64,000 bases of DNA from Candidatus Woesearchaeota archaeon (GTDB lineage Archaea; Nanobdellota; Nanobdellia; SCGC-AAA011-G17; PNOQ01): contig JBDRML010000016.1 of NCBI GenBank assembly GCA_043812195.1, forward strand, positions 64,001 through 128,000. The letters run 5' to 3'. This document shows positions 8,706 through 19,155 of the stretch, piece by piece. The notes below the pieces were generated by a model. That model did not search any database, was not told the DNA's origin, and saw only the letters and a program-made list of their open reading frames with translations. How positions within the stretch are numbered: the first letter of the stretch is position 1; the number at the start of each line of letters is the position of its first letter. The translations under genes were made by a program, and so were the position numbers.

Positions 8706-11700
8706 CTTGGATAAACTGTAAATGGATTAGTATTCTTATTGTCCCATTTATCTAAACACTTAATATAATAAACATCTTCACCTAAAGAAGCATAGTGTTC
8801 TTTCTCGTTTCTAGCAGAAATCATAGTAAAGACTGTATCTTCATTTTCATCCTGCACATCAAAGTTATCTTTCTCACTACTATATTTACATACACTTTCT
8901 TCATTCATCAAAACATGTAATTGCTGACTTGTTGTCCAAACTCTTAATAAAATAGGAGCATCTAAGTCCTTGAATATAACTATAGTTCTTTCTTCCTGCA
9001 CCACATTACCAGCAAAATCAGTACACTCATATAAAACAGGATAATGCAGACCTTCAGGAGTTCCTTCAATATCTTCATGTAAAGTCTTATGTGTTCTTGA
9101 AAACAAAGTAGTTACATTATACCAATTATCTCCTATCTGATATTTACATATAGCATCATTTCCTGTTTCAATCTCAATTTCAAATTTATCATCATATGTT
9201 TCAAATGTTGCATTAGGCTCAATAATATCCATTTCAAATGTTGGCCAAATCATTGCAGTCCATAAGTAAGGATCTTCCATAACATTAGATTCCTCCCCAA
9301 TATCAGGTACATCTCCACATTTAATCCATAATGGACAGAAAGTACTATTAAATGGTTTTGTAATTCCATTACCTTCAGGTATATTAATTTCTTCACACCA
9401 GCCAGCTTCTCCTAAATTAAACTCAGTTTGGAATTTCTGGCAAGTTTCATCAGTCTGACTACATGGAGTATTTCCTTTACCACCAAAGCTTGTCATATCT
9501 CCATAATTCAAAGTATCATTATCCTTAGAATATTTACAATCTTGAACATTATTCTTATCATAAGCATACAATATAAATGGAATATTTGTAGTTCCTTCAG
9601 GTACATTAATATTCACAGGATTAATATAATCAATAATTGGAGGCAATTCATCAGGAGCCTCTTTAAAACTAAAACTCACATAATCTTTATCTTCTTTATT
9701 AGTATTTCCAGCTATATCTTGGCATTTAATATAAATATAAGTTTTGTCTCTAACTTTATCTTCAGCTCTAAATGTAATATTCACTCCATGATCAGCAGAT
9801 GCACCCCATGGGAATGAAGTCATATCATCATATTCAGTACTTCTAGCAAAACTATATTTACAATGTCCTATTTCACTAGTATTTATTTTTAGAAGAGTAT
9901 AAGAAGTTTCCCATTCAATTTTATCACTAATTTCTAATTTTCTTCCTTCACCCTTAAATTCTTGTATTGTTAAATTATCTTCACCCTTAAATTCAATCTC
10001 TATAGATTCTAAATAAGGGGAACTATGATCATCAGGCTCAGAAGGCAAACACAATCCTCCAACAACCCCATTTTCTTCAAAAGGAACATAACTACACCAA
10101 TCACTCTCAGCTCCTAAAATCTTACATCTCTTTTCAGTGCAATCCCATTGTCCTTCTAATCCACACTCAGCACAATGAATATTATCAGTATATGGTTTCT
10201 CCGGAATACATTCTCCTGTTTTAAATGAGGTTGTTACAGTATAAATTGAAGCTATATATGATGCTATAATCAAAATCTTACTAACAGCCTGAGAAGAAAT
10301 TTTACCAAATAAACCACCACTAGAAACTTCACCACCTTCAAGAGTATAAGCAACCCCTTCAACACTTTGTGTCACTTGTAAATTAAATTTTACTAATGGA
10401 GAAATCATATTAGGAGCAATCTTAGAAAATACAATAGTTAAAACATTAGCAGCAGCAGAATAATAGAATGAATTAGGAAATTTTCTATCAGAATCAATAC
10501 CACTAGCCTCAAATATTTCATTTTTTTCTTCTTCGCTCAAAATCTTATCTAAATGGTTAGCCCAAGATAAGATATAAGATAATCTCAATTTATCATTATA
10601 ATATAAATCTCCAGCATCTTTCGGAGTATCGTGTGTACCTGTAGCAGCAGTATAACCATAAACAATAGATAAAACACCCCAATATATTACCGCACCAAGC
10701 GACATAAATCCACCAACAACACCAGACGCACATGCAGCCCACCCTGGGAACCCAACACCAGGAAGTGCAGCAACAACACCACAAACTGCAATCATAGATC
10801 CCATTGTACCTACAGCAATTGCTCCAGTAGTTGCAAGCCCTGCTGTTGAAAAACCATCAGCTTCGAACTGGCAATCTCCTAAAGCATTACACTCAAAATC
10901 AGTACAAACATTTACAGAACCATCGCCACCTTTTCCACACTGGCTACATCTATTTCCTGAATCACCATATCCTTCAGCTCCTTCACCAGGAGGATACAAA
11001 GCATTACAACTTCCAATTGGTGCCCAAACATCCCTATCATAACCTTCCTCTTGCATTAAAGGTCCACCACCACAATTACCAAAATCAGAACATTTATCTT
11101 GATTATTAAACCACCCATTATCATCAGTACATTGTTTGCCAACAACATTAGCTAAAAATTGTCCAACACCTGGCGCATAATTAAAAAAATCAATCACAGA
11201 ACGCCCATCTCCACAATCCTTATGACATTTTTCCCAGGCATTATCAACCAAATCAGCCTCTACCCTTGTTAAATTTCCAATCTTAGTTACAGATTCTTCA
11301 CATCTCATTCCCCTATTTTTATCATCATAATCAGGTTCTATTTCTCTATTCTGGCATGTTAACACATAATTATGCAATCCAGTACTTTTTCTATCATTCA
11401 AAAAATGTCCAGAAAGAACATTCATACAAATAGACTCTCCACTTTTAAAAGTATTTGGCCATGTATTAGGAGAATCTTCAACACAATCAGTACTTAAACA
11501 AACCGCATCTTCACCACCAACCACATTATCAGGGTCATCACACATTCCACCAGGCCTGCATTCATCAAATATTTCTTCTCTATTTCCATCAGAATCATAA
11601 TAATAAACATCCCACTTATCATCATCAGTAGTTCCATCGCCGCAGCTTTTAAACTTATGACCTTCTCTATAACTAGGACACCCAACAACTTCAGAACATA

Positions 11701-12313
11701 AAGTACTTTCAAAGAAATTAGCCCTTTCAAATCCAGGAGCATCTTTAAATCTATCTAAAGGACCATATTCACAAACTCCACCACCCGCACTCTTATAACA
11801 TCCAGTTACAGAACCAGAACATTCTAAATTACAATCTTGTCTATTTGTAATTCCACCAATAAATTGTTCGCCACCTAAATCAGTTCTACAAACTTTTTCT
11901 TCTTGAACACTACAAGAACCAAATTGTATGCAACATCCAGATTGACAAGCACTAACAGATTCCTTAGAAGCACCTAAATGAAAAGTGCCGCCATCTGTTT
12001 TACATCTAACTTCTTCAACATTATCTAAACAACCACCAACATCAGAAGGGACACATGCACCTTTTTGACACTCATTTATTTCTCCTTTAGTCTGAAAATT
12101 CCATTCATGCCCTCCTGCACATCCACCATAAGCATCCCAACCTTGTCCATTAGAAACTTCAACACAATAATCTCCATTATTAGTTAAACCGCAAGTATCA
12201 ACATTAGCAGCTGAAACTTCTTCAGTATTTAAAACCAAAGCAAAATTAATAACAGCTACAATCATTATAACTGAGAAAAATACAGCAATTGATTTTCTAA
12301 TAGCATATTTCAT
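8702..12313 (-). CDS. Large Cys-rich secreted/membrane protein with Ig-like C-terminal repeats
   Basis: Signal peptide, many Cys motifs, central Gly/Ala hydrophobic segment, repeated CKYS..C.D..GN modules. Confidence 0.7.
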   Translation of the reverse strand: MKYAIRKSIAVFFSVIMIVAVINFALVLNTEEVSAANVDTCGLTNNGDYCVEVSNGQGWDAYGGCAGGHEWNFQTKGEINECQKGACVPSDVGGCLDNVEEVRCKTDGGTFHLGASKESVSACQSGCCIQFGSCSVQEEKVCRTDLGGEQFIGGITNRQDCNLECSGSVTGCYKSAGGGVCEYGPLDRFKDAPGFERANFFESTLCSEVVGCPSYREGHKFKSCGDGTTDDDKWDVYYYDSDGNREEIFDECRPGGMCDDPDNVVGGEDAVCLSTDCVEDSPNTWPNTFKSGESICMNVLSGHFLNDRKSTGLHNYVLTCQNREIEPDYDDKNRGMRCEESVTKIGNLTRVEADLVDNAWEKCHKDCGDGRSVIDFFNYAPGVGQFLANVVGKQCTDDNGWFNNQDKCSDFGNCGGGPLMQEEGYDRDVWAPIGSCNALYPPGEGAEGYGDSGNRCSQCGKGGDGSVNVCTDFECNALGDCQFEADGFSTAGLATTGAIAVGTMGSMIAVCGVVAALPGVGFPGWAACASGVVGGFMSLGAVIYWGVLSIVYGYTAATGTHDTPKDAGDLYYNDKLRLSYILSWANHLDKILSEEEKNEIFEASGIDSDRKFPNSFYYSAAANVLTIVFSKIAPNMISPLVKFNLQVTQSVEGVAYTLEGGEVSSGGLFGKISSQAVSKILIIASYIASIYTVTTSFKTGECIPEKPYTDNIHCAECGLEGQWDCTEKRCKILGAESDWCSYVPFEENGVVGGLCLPSEPDDHSSPYLESIEIEFKGEDNLTIQEFKGEGRKLEISDKIEWETSYTLLKINTSEIGHCKYSFARSTEYDDMTSFPWGASADHGVNITFRAEDKVRDKTYIYIKCQDIAGNTNKEDKDYVSFSFKEAPDELPPIIDYINPVNINVPEGTTNIPFILYAYDKNNVQDCKYSKDNDTLNYGDMTSFGGKGNTPCSQTDETCQKFQTEFNLGEAGWCEEINIPEGNGITKPFNSTFCPLWIKCGDVPDIGEESNVMEDPYLWTAMIWPTFEMDIIEPNATFETYDDKFEIEIETGNDAICKYQIGDNWYNVTTLFSRTHKTLHEDIEGTPEGLHYPVLYECTDFAGNVVQEERTIVIFKDLDAPILLRVWTTSQQLHVLMNEESVCKYSSEKDNFDVQDENEDTVFTMISARNEKEHYASLGEDVYYIKCLDKWDNKNTNPFTVYPR

Positions 12314-13146
12314 TCTTCAATTATAAAGTGAAATCTTAAAGCTTCACCATCCTCCTCATCTTCATATCCTTCTAAATACCACGGCTTAAATCCTTCATCA
12401 TTAGGACCATTTGCAATTGAAGCAGCTAAAATATCTCCCCCTTGCTCATGATCCCACACATAATCATCAATTTCAAATCCTTCTCCACCACATTCTCCAT
12501 TCACAACATCAATAGCAATCATATAAATGTCAAACAAATTAGAATCCAAATCAATAGATAAATCTCTAAAATCAGTGCTATAACCAGATTTACTTATTTT
12601 AACTGGAAAACTAACATCCTGTCTTATTTTTTTAGGTAAAATATCAGGAGCATCTAAATTCAATTTTAAAAATTCATAATCTAAATCCAAACCTTCTCTT
12701 TCAAATTCTACAAAAGAACTACCAATACAATTCTCCAAATCTTCTCTCTGCTCAGCACTATTCATAAATAACTTTATCTGTTTAGCAACATTAAAAAGCA
12801 AAGGCAATGTATTTGCATCACCTTTACAAGCATAACCAATACTTATATTTTCAAAACATTCTTCAGAATTTAAATCATAATCAACACACACATTTTCATA
12901 ATAAACAGGATTGTAAAATCCACCTTGCCAAGAAACTAATCTAACACCTTCCATCAGCTTAGAACTCACACAATTTCTAACAACATTCTTAATAGGTTCA
13001 ACTCTAGCAGAAACAAATCTCTCAGCTTCTTCATCATCTAAATCTCCTTTAAATATAGTATCTCTAAAAAAGAATAAAAGCCCAACTATAATTAAAACAA
13101 CAATACCCAGAATAATAAAAATTGTTACTTGACCTCTTTTATTCAT
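12310..13146 (-). CDS. Class III signal peptide (pilin-like) protein
   Basis: MNKRG/QVTIFIILGIVVL. Confidence 0.75.
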   Translation of the reverse strand: MNKRGQVTIFIILGIVVLIIVGLLFFFRDTIFKGDLDDEEAERFVSARVEPIKNVVRNCVSSKLMEGVRLVSWQGGFYNPVYYENVCVDYDLNSEECFENISIGYACKGDANTLPLLFNVAKQIKLFMNSAEQREDLENCIGSSFVEFEREGLDLDYEFLKLNLDAPDILPKKIRQDVSFPVKISKSGYSTDFRDLSIDLDSNLFDIYMIAIDVVNGECGGEGFEIDDYVWDHEQGGDILAASIANGPNDEGFKPWYLEGYEDEEDGEALRFHFIIEE

Positions 13147-13359
13147 TATTAACTTAAAAACAAGATAGAAACTTATAAACTTTTCCTTTTATTAGTTTAC
13201 GACATAAATAAAATATAAAAACTATTAAAGATTTTTCCATTATTTAACACCTTAAGCTATTTCTAAGATATATTAATATAACTTACTTTTGTCCAGTAAC
13301 TATATCAATCTTGAAACTATTAATAATTAGAAAAAACAAGATTTATAATATTTAATTAT

Positions 13360-13701
13360 TCACCTACCTTCTGCCCCTATCACAATTTTATTTCCAATTT
13401 TTGTTATAGATATTTCAGTATGCTCATCCAATTTAAGTTGTTTTTCTAAGTCACTGGGTATTCTAAATGTTAAACCACCCCCGCTTTTTGACAGATGTCT
13501 ATAAAGCTTTAACGGCTCAGGCCAAACACCTAATTTTCTTGCTACTTCAATTGTTTTTTGTGTTTCTTCTTCAAAAGGGAACTCTTCATTACAATTAATA
13601 CATCTCTCCCCCTTAACTATAAACACATAACCTTCAATTTCTAATACTATATCCTCTACTTTTATTAAATTTCCTTTCTCACATGTTAGACATTTTCTCA
13701 T
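13360..13701 (-). CDS. YgiT/MqsA-type Zn finger fused to an AbrB-like domain (antitoxin)
   Basis: CLTC...CINC Zn ribbon; C-terminal SGGGLTFRIPSDL swapped-hairpin motif. Confidence 0.75.
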   Translation of the reverse strand: MRKCLTCEKGNLIKVEDIVLEIEGYVFIVKGERCINCNEEFPFEEETQKTIEVARKLGVWPEPLKLYRHLSKSGGGLTFRIPSDLEKQLKLDEHTEISITKIGNKIVIGAEGR

Positions 13702-13940
13702 TTTCCTTCAGCTCCAGTTATTATGAAAATTTCTTTATAATCCTCATCCTTTATAAATATTAATTTCCTACTTTTTCTTTTTGTCCTCATATATGCCTCA
13801 TATTTATTTTTGCCAACTTTGTCAATCTTATACGCATTCTCCAATGCATTTTTTAGTGAATAAATATCATAATCCCACTTTCTCATCCATGTTAAAATAA
13901 AATGCTTGCTTGGTCTAATTTTGTAGTTACTTATGTCCAT
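13698..13940 (-). CDS. DUF4258/RelE-like putative toxin
   Basis: SKHF near the N-terminus, IFIIT at the C-terminus; ATGA coupling to the Zn-finger antitoxin. Confidence 0.6.
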   Translation of the reverse strand: MDISNYKIRPSKHFILTWMRKWDYDIYSLKNALENAYKIDKVGKNKYEAYMRTKRKSRKLIFIKDEDYKEIFIITGAEGK

Positions 13941-14046
13941 ACTTTTTCACTACTTTTTGTGGTATTTTTGATATATATAAATCTTTCTTTTTTAGTAGCT
14001 AAACGGTTACTTTTTTAGAACCCTCATTTCACTTGTCTATCAACTA

Positions 14047-14796
14047 CTATTTGTTCTCAACTCTCGGAGCCAAGATAGTCATCAAATGTAATTTATCAGT
14101 AACTCTGTACTCAACTTGTAATGGATAGTCATCAGAAAACTTTATAGAAACATTATCAGCCAATCTAGCACCTTTTACAATTTTTTTCAAATACTCTGCA
14201 GAATATTTTGCTTTTGTAATTTTATCATTATCAAACTTAAACTTATTTTCCTCACTTCTTCTAACTTCAAATCTTGCATCACTAACATTTCCACTAGATT
14301 CTAAAACAAAAATATCACCATCTGCAACTAAAGAAATAGAATCCGCAACAATTCCCATATCATCTACAGCATCACTAAAGAAATGTGCAGCTATTTCAAC
14401 ACTAGCAGCAAAATTCAAATCTGGAACATTCTGGGCTTTATCCTGTAAATCAATTAAACCTATATTAAAACTTCTATTAATCTCTCCTTTCAAATCAACT
14501 TTTAATTTATTCTTGCCTTCATCTAATTCCATTATAATACTATCAGAAGGTTTAGCTCTGCCTAAAATCTGTCTAAACAAATCTAAATTAATAGCAAAAC
14601 TTTCTTCATCCTTAACATCATACTCGACAAAAGCGCTACTTAACAAATTAAAAACAACCATGGCAACATTAGCAGGATCCATAGCAACTATCTCTAATTT
14701 ATTAGAATCCAATTTAATCCGAACATCATTAACAAGTTCAGAAATGATATTTATACCTTCTTTCAAAAGTCGTGGTTCAGCTAATACTAATTTCAT
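14047..14796 (-). CDS. pcn: DNA sliding clamp PCNA
   Basis: AMDPANVAMV, YSAEYL, DYPL, LAPRVE motifs; likely start ATG 14796. Confidence 0.97.
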   Translation of the reverse strand: MKLVLAEPRLLKEGINIISELVNDVRIKLDSNKLEIVAMDPANVAMVVFNLLSSAFVEYDVKDEESFAINLDLFRQILGRAKPSDSIIMELDEGKNKLKVDLKGEINRSFNIGLIDLQDKAQNVPDLNFAASVEIAAHFFSDAVDDMGIVADSISLVADGDIFVLESSGNVSDARFEVRRSEENKFKFDNDKITKAKYSAEYLKKIVKGARLADNVSIKFSDDYPLQVEYRVTDKLHLMTILAPRVENK

Positions 14797-14842
14797 CAAA
14801 AAAAGAGATGGGTATCTCATTTAAATCTATTTCGATTCTGTA

Positions 14843-15169
14843 CTAATACACTCGCCATCTATATCCGCATTTAGTACACTCATAAAATTGGGTTTCAGAC
14901 TCATCACTTGACCTTGTTTGTAATGTCCAGTAATATGCTTGTTTATTTCCACATTTCTTACAATCTTCTTTAACTTTTGGTAAAGTCTCTACTTTTTTAT
15001 CACTAACCTCAATTTCTTGACTTTTAGTTAAAGCAACTTTTTCTTTTAAAATTATATTCTCGCTCTTTCCTCTAGGAGAATAATTACAACTAGGACATTT
15101 CATTTTTTTCTTATCACTATCAAGAATCATTATGGTCCCACACTTTTGACAAAATAGATTCGCCATCAT
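14843..15169 (-). CDS. tfs: Transcription factor S
   Basis: Two Zn ribbons; QTRSSDESET acidic hairpin. Confidence 0.93.
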   Translation of the reverse strand: MMANLFCQKCGTIMILDSDKKKMKCPSCNYSPRGKSENIILKEKVALTKSQEIEVSDKKVETLPKVKEDCKKCGNKQAYYWTLQTRSSDESETQFYECTKCGYRWRVY

Positions 15170-15170
15170 T

Positions 15171-15740
15171 TTATATCAACTCCGAAAACGCAATTTTTAA
15201 CCAGCCAAGATAAGGCACCTTAAAAACGGCCCTCCCAACAACTCTATCTTCTGTAATATCTAATTCATTTAATCCTTGGCCACTATCCACATTATTATCT
15301 CCTTTTGTCTGGAAATGATACTCTCCATCTACATCCCAAACCTTTACAACCCTATGTATGATTGGATTGTCTAAATTTGATTGAAATACTAGTATATCCC
15401 CTATATTTATATTTTGTGGAGATTCACCAACTAGTATCATAATATCTCCTTTATTAAATCCATTCTTAAATTCAAAGTTTTCAAAGTCTTCTATTTTTAT
15501 ATTATTACTCTCGTACCATTCTTTATTATCTTCCCACCAAGCAAAAAAATCATTATTATCATGCTCCATACTCCCAGAAACAACAGCCACAATAGGAAAC
15601 CCAGTTCCCAATAGTAAACCTAATCCAGGATATATTAAAAATTTAACAATTATAAATGCTAATACAAAAGATACTAACCAACTCCAAACTGAATCACTTT
15701 TCCATAAAAAATTCCAAGTCTTTTTTAAAGTACTAACCAT
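15171..15740 (-). CDS. Signal peptidase I (Sec11 type)
   Basis: VVSGSMEH, IIHRV, TKGDNN motifs. Confidence 0.93.
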   Translation of the reverse strand: MVSTLKKTWNFLWKSDSVWSWLVSFVLAFIIVKFLIYPGLGLLLGTGFPIVAVVSGSMEHDNNDFFAWWEDNKEWYESNNIKIEDFENFEFKNGFNKGDIMILVGESPQNINIGDILVFQSNLDNPIIHRVVKVWDVDGEYHFQTKGDNNVDSGQGLNELDITEDRVVGRAVFKVPYLGWLKIAFSELI

Positions 15741-15767
15741 AAGAATATATGACAAAAATAACCCTTT

Positions 15768-16040
15768 TTAAATCTTTTGAATTTTCTGAAGAATTTCGTT
15801 GTTTTTTTTCTTAAGTCTATCAACAGCATCAAATAAAGCTTTTCTAGCTTCTTTCTTGCCAGAAGTCTCTACAGTCAAAACAGGATTACTAACTAATGGA
15901 TGTTCTATATTATAACCAGAAATAGTTACATCAGCCTCATTCCACAACTCTTGTCTCAAAGCATCAGCTAAAGTATGATCTTCTCCAATTATCTCAACAT
16001 TAATTAATTTCTTATCCTCTTCTAAAACTTTAACTTCCAT
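15768..16040 (-). CDS. rpoL: RNA polymerase subunit L (Rpo11)
   Basis: GEDHTL...GYNIEHPL motif. Confidence 0.95.
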   Translation of the reverse strand: MEVKVLEEDKKLINVEIIGEDHTLADALRQELWNEADVTISGYNIEHPLVSNPVLTVETSGKKEARKALFDAVDRLKKKNNEILQKIQKI

Positions 16041-16086
16041 TTTATAAATGGAAAAAATATAGTCTTTTAAACCTTTCGTTTTTCAA

Positions 16087-16452
16087 TTATTTAACAAATT
16101 CAACATTATCAAGATTTTCAAACTCTTTATCTCCTGTAACAAACTTCCATTTCCTATTTATTGATATAGCATATCCCAAACAATCTATATAACTAAATTT
16201 TTTTGGTTTAAATTTAGATTTTAATTTTGAAGCAAGTTTTATATCTTCTATGTCAAATGATATTAAAAGTTCTTTAAATTTTTCAGTTATTTCATCCGCT
16301 TTTCCCTCTCCAAAAGATTTAAGAATAGCATTATGTAACTCTAAAAGATTAAGTAATGATGTAAAATTTATAGTGTCCTTAAACTTTTCATAATTATTAT
16401 TTTCCTTAACAATTTCAATTAATGCATAAGTGTCTAAGAGATATTCTTCCAT
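16087..16452 (-). CDS. PIN domain toxin VapC
   Basis: LLDTYALIE..FSYIDCLGY..VTGDKEF. Confidence 0.9.
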   Translation of the reverse strand: MEEYLLDTYALIEIVKENNNYEKFKDTINFTSLLNLLELHNAILKSFGEGKADEITEKFKELLISFDIEDIKLASKLKSKFKPKKFSYIDCLGYAISINRKWKFVTGDKEFENLDNVEFVK

Positions 16453-16688
16453 TTCCTTTTTTCAGCTTCATACTCCTCTTTTCTAATCTCATCCTTAAAT
16501 TTCTGTGTATCTATTTTCCAATTCTTTAAAGTCCCAAAAGTCTCTCTTAAAACATTCCTGCCTTCTCTTTTAACCAAAACTGTAACTTCATCTCCTTCTT
16601 TTATATTCTCATCTTTAACTTCACCAATAGGTATAATTACACCAAACGAATTTCCCCATTTCCTTAATTTAGATTTGATTTCTATCAT
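16434..16688 (-). CDS. AbrB/MazE-type antitoxin
   Basis: LRKWGNSFGVIIP..IKEGDEV. Confidence 0.9.
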   Translation of the reverse strand: MIEIKSKLRKWGNSFGVIIPIGEVKDENIKEGDEVTVLVKREGRNVLRETFGTLKNWKIDTQKFKDEIRKEEYEAEKRKWKNIS

Positions 16689-16733
16689 GTATAAACAGTA
16701 TAATTATTTATATAAAAACCTTTCGTTTTTCAA

Positions 16734-17198
16734 TTATTCTACTTTTTTGAGTATATCACCAATAGTCACAGCCTTATCCCCAAAATTCACAGATTTTTCT
16801 TTTTTAGACATACTTTGCTCAACACTCTCAACCAAATCTATTGCTAAAAACACAGAAATTTTTTTAGCTAATTTAAAACTAGGTTTTAATCTTCCAGTCT
16901 CTAACTGATGTATCACAGATTCTTTCTCAGCAATAGCTTTAGCCAAATCTTCTTGTTTCATTCCTCTTCTCTCTCTAGCTCTTTTAATTCTATCTGGAAA
17001 ATCCTCTTTAATAATATCCACATATTGAAAAGTAGCTTCTTCCTCTCGTCTCCTCTCTAATTGTTTTTCAACAACAGGTTGATTAACCGCAATTACATTG
17101 CCATGTTTAGAACAATCAAGACAAATTCTCATCATCGCACCTTCAACAATAGCATCAACTAATTCACCACCTTTTCCACACATTTCGCAACCAACCAT
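16734..17198 (-). CDS. Archaeal multiprotein bridging factor aMBF1
   Basis: CEMCG..CLDC Zn ribbon plus HTH; C-terminal TIGD. Confidence 0.92.
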   Translation of the reverse strand: MVGCEMCGKGGELVDAIVEGAMMRICLDCSKHGNVIAVNQPVVEKQLERRREEEATFQYVDIIKEDFPDRIKRARERRGMKQEDLAKAIAEKESVIHQLETGRLKPSFKLAKKISVFLAIDLVESVEQSMSKKEKSVNFGDKAVTIGDILKKVE

Positions 17199-17235
17199 AC
17201 AAAAGGTAATCTACTTAAAATTAAAAAGATTGTGG

Positions 17236-17892
17236 TTATAAAAAACTCTCAATATCTTCAAAACTATGCAATCCATGCAAAACAACAGATTCATCAATCA
17301 TCACAGCAGGTGTTTCTTTAACATTATAAGTGCTAACAAATATATCAATCACACTAACATCCAAATCAATAGGTAATGGAATCAACATTATATCTCTACC
17401 ATATTTTTCTTTTAAATCTCCTAAAATACCAGATTGAACTTTCTGTTCCTGTTTTTCAAAATCAGAATTAGGATCATCCTTATAAAAATAAACAACATTA
17501 TGATAATCAGCATTACACCTCTCTTTCAATAAAATAGCATTCATAAAAAACTCAGTCTTCAACAAAGCATACTTTCTTTTTTCTTTAAGCAATTTTTCAT
17601 CAAATTTATTAGCTTGCTCATTCAACTCTATCTGTCTTCCTCTAGCATAAATAGCATCTGAAAACTCTAAATTTTCTTCAATTGCATATTCACAAAAATC
17701 TCTTCCCAATAACTGATAAAAATCAGTCCTTAATTTAGAATCTTGCCATCTCAACTCCAAATCCTCATAACCATCTTGAATACCCTCGGTTCTAATGCTT
17801 TCTATATAAACACCCAATAAAAGCCCAACTATAAAAATAACCAAAGTAGCTATTGCAGCTTTCCAAAATACACTCTTTTGATTCTCTACCAT
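17236..17892 (-). CDS. Membrane-anchored protein with thioredoxin-like C-terminus
   Basis: N-terminal TM, helical region, VYFY...YNVKETPAVMID. Confidence 0.6.
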   Translation of the reverse strand: MVENQKSVFWKAAIATLVIFIVGLLLGVYIESIRTEGIQDGYEDLELRWQDSKLRTDFYQLLGRDFCEYAIEENLEFSDAIYARGRQIELNEQANKFDEKLLKEKRKYALLKTEFFMNAILLKERCNADYHNVVYFYKDDPNSDFEKQEQKVQSGILGDLKEKYGRDIMLIPLPIDLDVSVIDIFVSTYNVKETPAVMIDESVVLHGLHSFEDIESFL

Positions 17893-19106
17893 TCACTATA
17901 CCCCTTAATCCATTTAAAAAATGAAACTATCAAAATAACAGGAAACGTAGTTAAATAAAACAAAGCATATATAATAAATGAAAACCTAATTTTCACTTCA
18001 GCTTTCTTCAAAGTTCTTAAAGAAATTATAATTCCAACCAAAAAAATAAGAACTAATAAAATACCAAAAACAGTCAACACATTAGGCAAAAGATTAATTT
18101 CCGGCATCCTGGCTAATCCTTCCCCTGCTTTCACACTATAACTAGCAAGTATGACCCAATTAAAAAGTCTATGCAAAATCACACCTAAAAACACTGAAAA
18201 CCCTGCAAAAGATAAAATTATATGCGTTAAAAAGAAAGGAATCACAAATACACCAAACATTGCGTAGTTTGTCTTAAACATATACTTCCTATGCTTCCAA
18301 AAAGTCTGAAAACCTCCAACACTCCACCGTATTCTCTGTCTCCACCAAACCTTAAGTTTACTAGGAGCTAAAGTAAAAGAATGTGCAATAGATTCCATCC
18401 TTATCTTATATTTATATCTTAACAAATTCCACGCTATTTCAATGTCTTCAGTCATAACATTTTTATCAAAACCTCCAACTTCATTCAAAGCAGATTTTCT
18501 ATACATGCTTAAAGATCCTGGAGTAACAAACACACTATCTAAAAAATCTAAAATCCTTCTTGTCCATGCAATTAAAGCATATTCCATAGCCTGCATTTTT
18601 TCCATAAGATTATTTTTATTCTTAACTAAAGCAGTTCCAGTAACAGCACCAACTCTTTCATCCTTAAAATGTCTAGACATCTTCCTAAATGCTATCGATT
18701 CAGGGTGAGAATCACTATCAATAATTCCAATTAATTCACCTTTAGCTATTTTAGTAGCTTGATTAATAGAATCTGGTTTTCCACTATTTGGCTTTGTAAA
18801 AACTTTAACTCCCCTATCTTCAAATGTCTTAGCAATTTCTTCAGTTCGGTCAGTACTGCCATCATTCACCACAATAACTTCAAATTTATCTTTAGGATAA
18901 TCACTAGCTAAAACAGATTCCAGAGTATCTGCTATTGTATCTTCTTCATTATACGCAGGGATTAAAACAGTCAGACTAGGAGTATAATCTTCAGGAGTAT
19001 CATCAAAATATTTAGACCTATTCTTAAAAAATACCATCAATGTGACTAATGAAAAGTACAGAGATGTCAAAATATAAAACAAATATACAATAGTTAAAGC
19101 GTTCAT
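17886..19106 (-). CDS. GT2 processive glycosyltransferase (PgaC/IcaA-like)
   Basis: IPAYNEE, DGSTD, DSD, TED, QRIRW; flanking TMs. Confidence 0.92.
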   Translation of the reverse strand: MNALTIVYLFYILTSLYFSLVTLMVFFKNRSKYFDDTPEDYTPSLTVLIPAYNEEDTIADTLESVLASDYPKDKFEVIVVNDGSTDRTEEIAKTFEDRGVKVFTKPNSGKPDSINQATKIAKGELIGIIDSDSHPESIAFRKMSRHFKDERVGAVTGTALVKNKNNLMEKMQAMEYALIAWTRRILDFLDSVFVTPGSLSMYRKSALNEVGGFDKNVMTEDIEIAWNLLRYKYKIRMESIAHSFTLAPSKLKVWWRQRIRWSVGGFQTFWKHRKYMFKTNYAMFGVFVIPFFLTHIILSFAGFSVFLGVILHRLFNWVILASYSVKAGEGLARMPEINLLPNVLTVFGILLVLIFLVGIIISLRTLKKAEVKIRFSFIIYALFYLTTFPVILIVSFFKWIKGYSEW

Positions 19107-19155
19107 TCTACCTCAAAAACAGAAACCCCAGAATTATTATAAAGATTGTGATTAA

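Larger units (their letters stand above)
16069..16738. repeat. Identical 23-bp direct repeat flanking the vapBC module (16069-16091, 16716-16738)
   Basis: AAACCTTTCGTTTTTCAATTATT on both sides. Confidence 0.9.
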
